64,000 nt of DNA from Candidatus Kapaibacterium sp. (GTDB lineage: Bacteria > Bacteroidota > Ignavibacteria > Kapaibacteriales > UBA2268): assembly GCA_963665665.1 (NCBI GenBank), contig OY762428.1:256001-320000 (forward strand), in the 5' to 3' direction. Numbering within the stretch: the stretch's first letter is position 1; each line of letters starts with the position of its first letter. The position numbers were made by a program, and so were the translations under genes. Below are positions 57,498 to 64,000 of this stretch, in pieces. The notes beneath the pieces are model-generated. The model worked only from the letters and a program-made list of their open reading frames with translations, was not told where the DNA came from and ran no database searches.

Positions 57498-59225
57498 TCA
57501 GGCACTGCCTGCTTTAATCAATTCTTCAGCGCTTCTAACAGAAACTTCTGTTACTTCTTCTCCACTCAGCAATTTAGCGATTTCCCTGATTTTTTCATCA
57601 TTGTTTAGCGAAGAAAACTGTATTTCAGCACGTCCGTTAGTCTCATTTTTGAAAACAATATAGTTTTTATCTCCGATTGCGGCTATTTGCGGCAGGTGGG
57701 TAATAGCAATTATCTGATGAAAAGCTGACAGTTCTTTCATCGAAGCAGCAACCTTCCCTGCTATTCTTCCGCTTATACCCGTATCAATTTCATCGAAAAC
57801 AAAAAGTGGAATATCATCACTTTGGGCTATAACCTGCTTGATCGAAAGCATCACCCTTGAGAGCTCGCCACCCGAAGCAATATCTGATAAAGGCCCTGGC
57901 TGAATTCCTTTATTGGCAGAGATAAGAAATGTAACATCATCAATACCGCTATCATTTATCTCGTAATATTTACCATTGATTTTAGCGCAACTTATTTGAG
58001 AGTTGTCTTTCGGCTGAATCTCTTTTTTGCTTATATCAACATTGAAAACGGCACTGTCAATACCAAGTTTCGATAATGATTTAATTATACCTGATTCGAA
58101 CTTCTTTGAAAACTTCTCACGTCCGGAAGAAATTTCCTGAGCAATTTTTCCAAGATCAGTTTGATATAACTCAATTTGTTTTTTGTATGATAAAATATCA
58201 TCATCGAAATTATCGATCAGCAACAATTCACTTTCAATTTCATCTTTTTTCCTTAGAATCTCATCAATCGGACCGAATTTTTTGATCAATCCTTTTAGTT
58301 CCAAAAGTCTCAGCCTTACTTCTTCTATTCTTTGCTGGTCGAAATTAATCCCTGAGGAATAGTCAGAAGCAAAAGAAGCAACCTCATCAACTGAAATCAG
58401 GGCCGTCTTTATTTCCTCGACAAAATCAGAAAATGAATTATCAATTGAATTCAGGCTTTCGATCATCTCTTTGCATCTTGTCAGTATATCATGAGCCGAA
58501 ATCTCATCATTATATAGCAACCCGTTCAACTCAAGAGCGCCCGAGTATAAAGTCTCATAATTTTCAGCTATTCTAAGCTCATTTTCAAGTTTTTCATCTT
58601 CTTCCGGTTCTGGTGAGATTTTTTCTATTTCTTCAAGCTGATGGCGAAGAAAATCTTCTTTTTGCCTAAGCTCATTTTCTCTTTTCAGCAGTTTTCGGTA
58701 TTCTGCAAGCTTAACATCAAGATCAGATTTGAGCTTTGAAAAATCAGATAATAAAGGCTTATAATCCCCGGCATTATCAAGAATATTAATATGGTTTTCG
58801 CGATATAAAAGCGACTGATGCTCGTGCTGGCCATGCAAATCGGCAAGCCGTCTGCCAAATTCTTTTAAAATAGTGACAGTAACAGGAGTATCATTTATAA
58901 AGCAACGTGATACACCTTTTGAATTTATCTCTCTTCTCAGAATAAGTTCATCGCCGAAGCTGTCAATATCATTTGTTCTGAGAATATCTTCAGCAATTGG
59001 ATTAATATTTGCAAAGATCCCCTCAATAACAGCCTTTCTTGCTCCTGGCCTGACAAGTTCTGCAGAACCCCTTCCGCCAAAAAGCACAGATAAAGCCCCC
59101 ATGATTACAGACTTACCGGAGCCTGTTTCCCCCGTTATAATATTCAGGCCGTCCCCGAACACTGCGTCCACCCGGGAAATCAAAGTGTAATTTTCTATTA
59201 ACAAAGATTTTAGCATATCGCTCAA
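57498..59225 (-). CDS. recN: DNA repair protein RecN
   Basis: TGETGSGKS, HGQHEHQ, ASGGELSR, FDEIDTGISG, ITHLPQIAA motifs. Confidence 0.97.
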   Translation of the reverse strand: MSDMLKSLLIENYTLISRVDAVFGDGLNIITGETGSGKSVIMGALSVLFGGRGSAELVRPGARKAVIEGIFANINPIAEDILRTNDIDSFGDELILRREINSKGVSRCFINDTPVTVTILKEFGRRLADLHGQHEHQSLLYRENHINILDNAGDYKPLLSDFSKLKSDLDVKLAEYRKLLKRENELRQKEDFLRHQLEEIEKISPEPEEDEKLENELRIAENYETLYSGALELNGLLYNDEISAHDILTRCKEMIESLNSIDNSFSDFVEEIKTALISVDEVASFASDYSSGINFDQQRIEEVRLRLLELKGLIKKFGPIDEILRKKDEIESELLLIDNFDDDILSYKKQIELYQTDLGKIAQEISSGREKFSKKFESGIIKSLSKLGIDSAVFNVDISKKEIQPKDNSQISCAKINGKYYEINDSGIDDVTFLISANKGIQPGPLSDIASGGELSRVMLSIKQVIAQSDDIPLFVFDEIDTGISGRIAGKVAASMKELSAFHQIIAITHLPQIAAIGDKNYIVFKNETNGRAEIQFSSLNNDEKIREIAKLLSGEEVTEVSVRSAEELIKAGSA

Positions 59226-59302
59226 TTAGTGTTATCAGAAAAAAACAAATATACAGATTTTCGCTCTAATCTGCATGATGTATTGAGATAGAATTCTATG
59301 TA

Positions 59303-60433
59303 TCAGGCCGGTTGTTTAACTGGAAACTTTATTACAAAACTCGTGCCGGTACCAATTGCGCTCCGGCAGATAATTTCGGCATTAATAATATCAGCATACT
59401 TCCTTGCAATCGAAAGCCCAAGGCCGGTTGAATTTTCATTAGCAGTAGGCTTTGCTGACAAACGGGCGAATTTTTTAAATAATTTTTTCTGGTCTTCGGG
59501 ACTAATCCCGGGCCCCTGGTCGGAAATTTCCGCATGGAAATAATTATCCAGACAATAAGTTGAAACGGAAACGGTTTTCCCAACAGGGGAATATTTTATT
59601 GCATTAGAAAGTATATTGTCAATAATTTGAATTACTGCGTTCTGATCTGATTCAATTAAACATCCGTCCTTAAGATGTTGATCAATTGTAATATTTTTTC
59701 CGTTTGTCCAATCCGAAAAACCATAGATAACGTTTTTTATCAAAGGAACAACATCTATTTCAGAATATTCGGGTACAAACTGCCCCTGCTCAATTTTATT
59801 CAGATCCAGGAGATTAGCAATCAATTCAAGCATCCTGTCTGCGCTTTCAATTATATCCTGGCAAAATTCTTCTTCTTCATCCCTGCTCAAATCCATATCA
59901 TTTTTTATTACTTTTGCCAGCATGGAAATATTGAATATCGGATTCTTCAGGTCGTGAGCGGTCATTCCGATAATTTCATTTTTTTCATTATTCAGCTTTT
60001 CCAATTCCAGATTCTTACTGTTTATCTCATCCCGGTATCGATTCAATTTCAGGTGTGTTTTAACCTTTGCAAGAATAATTGCAGATGATACAGGTTTCAG
60101 CAAATAGTCCGAACCGCCTATTTCGAATGAGTTTATTACATTTTCCGTATTGGCATTTTCTGATGTAAAAATAATTGGAATATTTTTCGTTTCGGGTGAA
60201 TTTCTAAGTAAATCGCAAAATTGGCTATTCTGGCTCGTATAATATTGATAATCAATAATTATCATCCCGGGAATATCATCTTTTATTGATTCGAAAGCCA
60301 TTTCACAAGTATCGAACAGTCGTTGCTCAATTCCATAATCAGACAGATTCAGGCTACCATTGAAAATATGATTCTCAATAGGATCTATTATATAGATTAA
60401 AAAATTATTCCGTTTTAAATCTTCTCCCAGCAT
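59303..60433 (-). CDS. Hybrid receiver-histidine kinase with atypical receiver
   Basis: Receiver remnants IIID, FTS, DYLLKP; AHDLKNP; NILSNAIKYS; DQGPG; STGLGL. Confidence 0.88.
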   Translation of the reverse strand: MLGEDLKRNNFLIYIIDPIENHIFNGSLNLSDYGIEQRLFDTCEMAFESIKDDIPGMIIIDYQYYTSQNSQFCDLLRNSPETKNIPIIFTSENANTENVINSFEIGGSDYLLKPVSSAIILAKVKTHLKLNRYRDEINSKNLELEKLNNEKNEIIGMTAHDLKNPIFNISMLAKVIKNDMDLSRDEEEEFCQDIIESADRMLELIANLLDLNKIEQGQFVPEYSEIDVVPLIKNVIYGFSDWTNGKNITIDQHLKDGCLIESDQNAVIQIIDNILSNAIKYSPVGKTVSVSTYCLDNYFHAEISDQGPGISPEDQKKLFKKFARLSAKPTANENSTGLGLSIARKYADIINAEIICRSAIGTGTSFVIKFPVKQPA

Positions 60434-60625
60434 ATAACTTCAACTATGGGTAGTTAAAACATTAAAATATCTTCAAATTTACAAAACTTGTCAGGAATAA
60501 TATATAACAATTGTTTTTTATTAAATAATAATAATTTTATAATAATTTGATGTTTATTAAATTGTAATAATTATTATCGAAGCTGTTAAAAGTAAATACT
60601 ATTAACAATAAAATCAGGAATTTCG

Positions 60626-61180
60626 ATGAGAATCACATTATTATTTATACTCCTATCGCTAACACTTTATTCCTGTAATCAGGAAAAAATCAAACCAGGC
60701 ACAGAGCAGAATATTCCAGGAATCGTAAAATTTTCGTTCGAACAGGATTACTCATATCCTGGAACACCCGATTTTATTTTCGAAAAAATAACCGGGGATA
60801 TTTCCCCATGGTGGGATCATTCATTCTCTGACAATCCTGACAGCCTGTTTATTCAGGCCTGGCCCGGAGGAGGATTCTATGAATACTTCGACGGCCCGGA
60901 AAACGGGGCACTGCATGCAAGGGTAATCTATTCGGATAAAGGTAAAATTCTCAGAATGAACGGGCCTTTTGGATTATCGGGCTATGCATTGGATATGACA
61001 GTTACATATAATTTTTCCAAGTTGGGTAAGGATTCTGCTAAACTATCTCTGTTAGTTAACGGAATTGGTAATATTCCAACCGGAATCGACACAATTATTG
61101 CTAAAGTATGGGATCATTTTCTGGGAAAAAGGTTTTCAGAATATATTGGTGGCTTGTCTCGATTCGAAACAACACAATAA
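60626..61180 (+). CDS. Hypothetical lipoprotein
   Basis: Signal peptide II with lipobox LYSC; no recognisable domain. Confidence 0.65.
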   Translation: MRITLLFILLSLTLYSCNQEKIKPGTEQNIPGIVKFSFEQDYSYPGTPDFIFEKITGDISPWWDHSFSDNPDSLFIQAWPGGGFYEYFDGPENGALHARVIYSDKGKILRMNGPFGLSGYALDMTVTYNFSKLGKDSAKLSLLVNGIGNIPTGIDTIIAKVWDHFLGKRFSEYIGGLSRFETTQ

Positions 61181-61455
61181 TTTTTTAATACCTAGCCGTG
61201 ATTCAACCGGCAAGTATTGAAAAAAATAAAATTCTGTAACCATGGGTTTTTAATGAAAAAATATTCTATAATACCTTCAAAGCAAGTGTCAATCAGCACT
61301 TTAAGAAAAGAAGCATAGTATTTAAACAAATGTGTTGAAAAAAAAATTAAAAAATTTGTAAAAATCGATGAACTGCTTTTTCCGATATAGGAAAAAAATT
61401 TGTATCTTAACCTAATTGGAAACATGATTTTTTTTTCCCCGGGAGGAATTAATTT

Positions 61456-63219
61456 ATGCCGCAGATAGTAATTGACGGTAAAAGGGTCGAAGCCGGGCAG
61501 GGCGAGACTATTATTCAGGCAGCTTATAAGAATAAAATTGATATACCACATTTTTGCTGGCATCCGGAACTTTCTGTTTCAGGAAACTGCCGTATGTGCC
61601 TTGTGGAAGTTGGTATGCCCAAAAGATTGCCGGACGGCTCTTTTGCTAAAGATGACAATGGAGACACAGTAATTAATTATTTCCCAAAACTTCAAATTGC
61701 CTGTGCAACCAACGTAAGCGACGAAATGCACGTGAGGACTAAAACTCCAAAGGTTATTGAAGCAAGGGAAGCAGTGATGGAATTTATATTGATAAACCAT
61801 CCGCTTGATTGTCCGATTTGTGATGAAGCCGGGCAGTGCAAGCTTCAGGAATATGCCTTCAGGCATTCAAACGGGGAAAGCCGTTTCGAGGAAACGAAAA
61901 ATCATAATGATAAAAGACAAAAATGGGGCCCGAATGTCCTTTATGATGCTGAAAGATGCATATCATGTTCTCGTTGTATTCGTTTTTCGAAACAAATTGC
62001 CGGCCAGGATGTTTTGACATTTATACAAAGAGGCGACCACGTTACAATTAAATTATTTGACGAAACTCAGCTTGATAATGATTATTCAATGAATGTGATT
62101 GATATTTGCCCGGTTGGAGCTCTTACAAGCCCTGACTTCAGGTTCAAATCCAGAGTCTGGGACATGAGTTTCAACGACTCGATTTGCACATCCTGTTCCA
62201 GAGGTTGTAATATTCAGGTGGGTGTTCGTAATAATGAAATACTTCGGCTTGAACCCCGCACTAATATGTATGTTAATAAATACTGGATGTGCGATCACGG
62301 AAGGTTGAATTATAAAAATGTTAATGAGAACAGAATTACAGAACCCCTCATCAAAAAAGACAGCACACAAATTGCTGTTGAATGGGATGAAGCTTATTCA
62401 AAGGCTTTTGAACTTCTGAAAAAATATAAACCCGCCGAAATCATGTTCGTCCTCTCCCCTTCTTCTACTAACGAGGACAGCTATATACTCGGAAAATTCG
62501 CTTCGGAAGTTATCGGCTGCAAAAATGTTGATTATTTCCCAAGGGAAGATAAAACATTTGCCGATGATCTGCTAAAAACATCTGATATGTCTGCCAACAT
62601 CAGAGGAATAGACCTTTTAGGAATTTCCGGCAAAGGCATTAAGGCCGGTGAACTTGAAAAAGCTATTAACGAGGGTAAGATAAAAGCTCTGTTTATCGTA
62701 GATGAAAACTTCCTTACCCACTCATCTATCATTGAATCTTTCACGAAGCTTGACACTCTGATTGTTAACGTTTCGAACAGATCTAAACTAAGCGAAATGG
62801 CTGATGTTGTTCTGGCAGGCTCCACATGGGCAGAAAATGAAGGTAGTTATATAAATAATGATAACAGAGTACAGCATTTTGAACCTGTTATAACCACAAA
62901 GGAAAACCTTTCCAGAATGGGACTAAAACAAGGCCGGCTGGATAGGTTCGGAGCGCATAACGACAGATGGACACACCATGAGCTTCGCGGAAGCAGGCAG
63001 GCATGGCGTAACCTGTTTAACCTGGCAAGGAAATTCGGCGTTAACTGGGATTATAAACGTTCCGGAGATATTTTCAAGGAAATGTCCGGGAAAATAAACG
63101 ACTTTTCCGGGATGACATATTCTAAACTTGATGAATACCAGGGTATAGCTCTCGGTAAATCGGAAAATCCCGACCCGAAACTTGTTAATTACGAGTCTCA
63201 TTTTATGAAACCCGAATGA
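61456..63219 (+). CDS. nuoG: NADH:quinone oxidoreductase subunit G (short form)
   Basis: Fe-S motifs CWH...GNCRMC, HPLDCPICDEAGQC, CISCSRC...CPVGAL, CTSCSRGC...WMCD; precedes nuoH. Confidence 0.92.
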   Translation: MPQIVIDGKRVEAGQGETIIQAAYKNKIDIPHFCWHPELSVSGNCRMCLVEVGMPKRLPDGSFAKDDNGDTVINYFPKLQIACATNVSDEMHVRTKTPKVIEAREAVMEFILINHPLDCPICDEAGQCKLQEYAFRHSNGESRFEETKNHNDKRQKWGPNVLYDAERCISCSRCIRFSKQIAGQDVLTFIQRGDHVTIKLFDETQLDNDYSMNVIDICPVGALTSPDFRFKSRVWDMSFNDSICTSCSRGCNIQVGVRNNEILRLEPRTNMYVNKYWMCDHGRLNYKNVNENRITEPLIKKDSTQIAVEWDEAYSKAFELLKKYKPAEIMFVLSPSSTNEDSYILGKFASEVIGCKNVDYFPREDKTFADDLLKTSDMSANIRGIDLLGISGKGIKAGELEKAINEGKIKALFIVDENFLTHSSIIESFTKLDTLIVNVSNRSKLSEMADVVLAGSTWAENEGSYINNDNRVQHFEPVITTKENLSRMGLKQGRLDRFGAHNDRWTHHELRGSRQAWRNLFNLARKFGVNWDYKRSGDIFKEMSGKINDFSGMTYSKLDEYQGIALGKSENPDPKLVNYESHFMKPE

Positions 63220-63256
63220 TTTGAAAACATTTATTTTCACATTTTTGTAAAATACT

Positions 63257-64000
63257 ATGAATGATATTCTTTGGATCACAGTAGAAGCGCTAATAAAAAT
63301 TGTAGTTATAGCAACCATGGCTATTTCCAGCGCAGCCGTTTCTGTTTATCTTGAACGCAGGATCTCAGGTGTAATCCAGAACCGTTACGGTCCGAACAGG
63401 GTTGGCCCTTTCGGAACTTTGCAGCCCATCGTAGATGTGGTGAAACTTTTCATGAAAGAAGATATTGTACCCGATGCTGCAAATAAAAATTTTCACAGGG
63501 CAGCGCCAATAATATCCCTTGGTGTGGCAATAGCTGTTTATGCTGTTATTCCTTTTGGCTCTTATATTGATGTTAACGGGCACATGGTTCCCATGGGTAT
63601 TGCCCCTGATGTAAATATTGGAATATTATATGTGCTGGCTATGACTTCTGTTGGTGTTTACGGACTTGCTCTTGCAGGCTGGTCTTCGAACAACAAATAC
63701 TCTCTTATGGGCGGCCTTCGTTCCGCTGCACAGATGATATCCTATGAGTTATCAATGGGGCTTGCAATAATTGCAGTTGTTCTTATTTCCGGTTCACTTT
63801 CCCTTAATGGAATTACAGAATTCCAGGCAGGCTGGGGAGGCTGGCGCTGGATGGTATTCCTTCAGCCTTTGGGATTTATCATATTTATGATTTCTTCATT
63901 TGCCGAAGCAAACAGGGCTCCTTTCGACCTTCCGGAAGCAGAACCTGAACTTGTAGGCGGATTCAACACAGAATACAGCGGAATGAAATTTGGTATGTTC
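63257..64000 (+). CDS. nuoH: NADH:quinone oxidoreductase subunit H (runs off window end)
   Basis: Manual translation from ATG at 63257: ERRISGVIQNRYGPNRVGPFG, SNNKYSLMGGLRSAAQMISYE, EANRAPFDLPEAEPELVGGFNTEYSG. Confidence 0.96.
   Translation, partial: MNDILWITVEALIKIVVIATMAISSAAVSVYLERRISGVIQNRYGPNRVGPFGTLQPIVDVVKLFMKEDIVPDAANKNFHRAAPIISLGVAIAVYAVIPFGSYIDVNGHMVPMGIAPDVNIGILYVLAMTSVGVYGLALAGWSSNNKYSLMGGLRSAAQMISYELSMGLAIIAVVLISGSLSLNGITEFQAGWGGWRWMVFLQPLGFIIFMISSFAEANRAPFDLPEAEPELVGGFNTEYSGMKFGMF

Noticed and set aside
1-64000. CRISPR array, rRNA or IS element
   Set aside because: No regularly spaced repeats, rRNA signature sequences or transposase ORFs seen

Overview
Gene-dense, mostly housekeeping chromosomal segment from an FCB-group bacterium. 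Type IX secretion C-terminal tails and TAnnTTTG promoter boxes point to Bacteroidota sensu lato, possibly Kapabacteria/Ignavibacteria-like; this placement is inference. In order: the yceD-rpmF-plsX-fabH-fabD-fabG-acpP-fabF operon; a STAS-exbB-exbD-exbD-tonB-PBP-TPR cluster; prmC, pyrB, HU; kdsA-lptC-tpiA-pgsA-pgpA; comB-ftsK; an RRM protein; rne-dxr-rseP-surE running into a duplicated [small protein + HDOD] and histidine kinase cassette; SRP RNA; tRNA-Arg(UCU); a secreted T9SS metallopeptidase; an ~880 bp ORF-free gap; tRNA-Ser(CGA); rsgA, recJ, a Dna2-like nuclease-helicase, mnmA, rpmB, pcm, miaA; a vWA/Ig-like T9SS protein; a recN-HD-hflX-two microproteins-mfd operon; a hybrid kinase; a lipoprotein; and nuoG-nuoH. 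No CRISPR array, transposase, integrase or rRNA was seen. The most notable unexplained signals are: (1) a ~450-nt helix-rich, pseudoknot-capable non-coding element bracketed by a 14-bp direct repeat (37364-37837); (2) twin paralogous 62-aa microproteins plus a degenerate alarmone-hydrolase-like protein inside the recN-hflX-mfd operon; and (3) a tandemly duplicated split HDOD signalling module. All structures were found by eye; no folding or database search was run.
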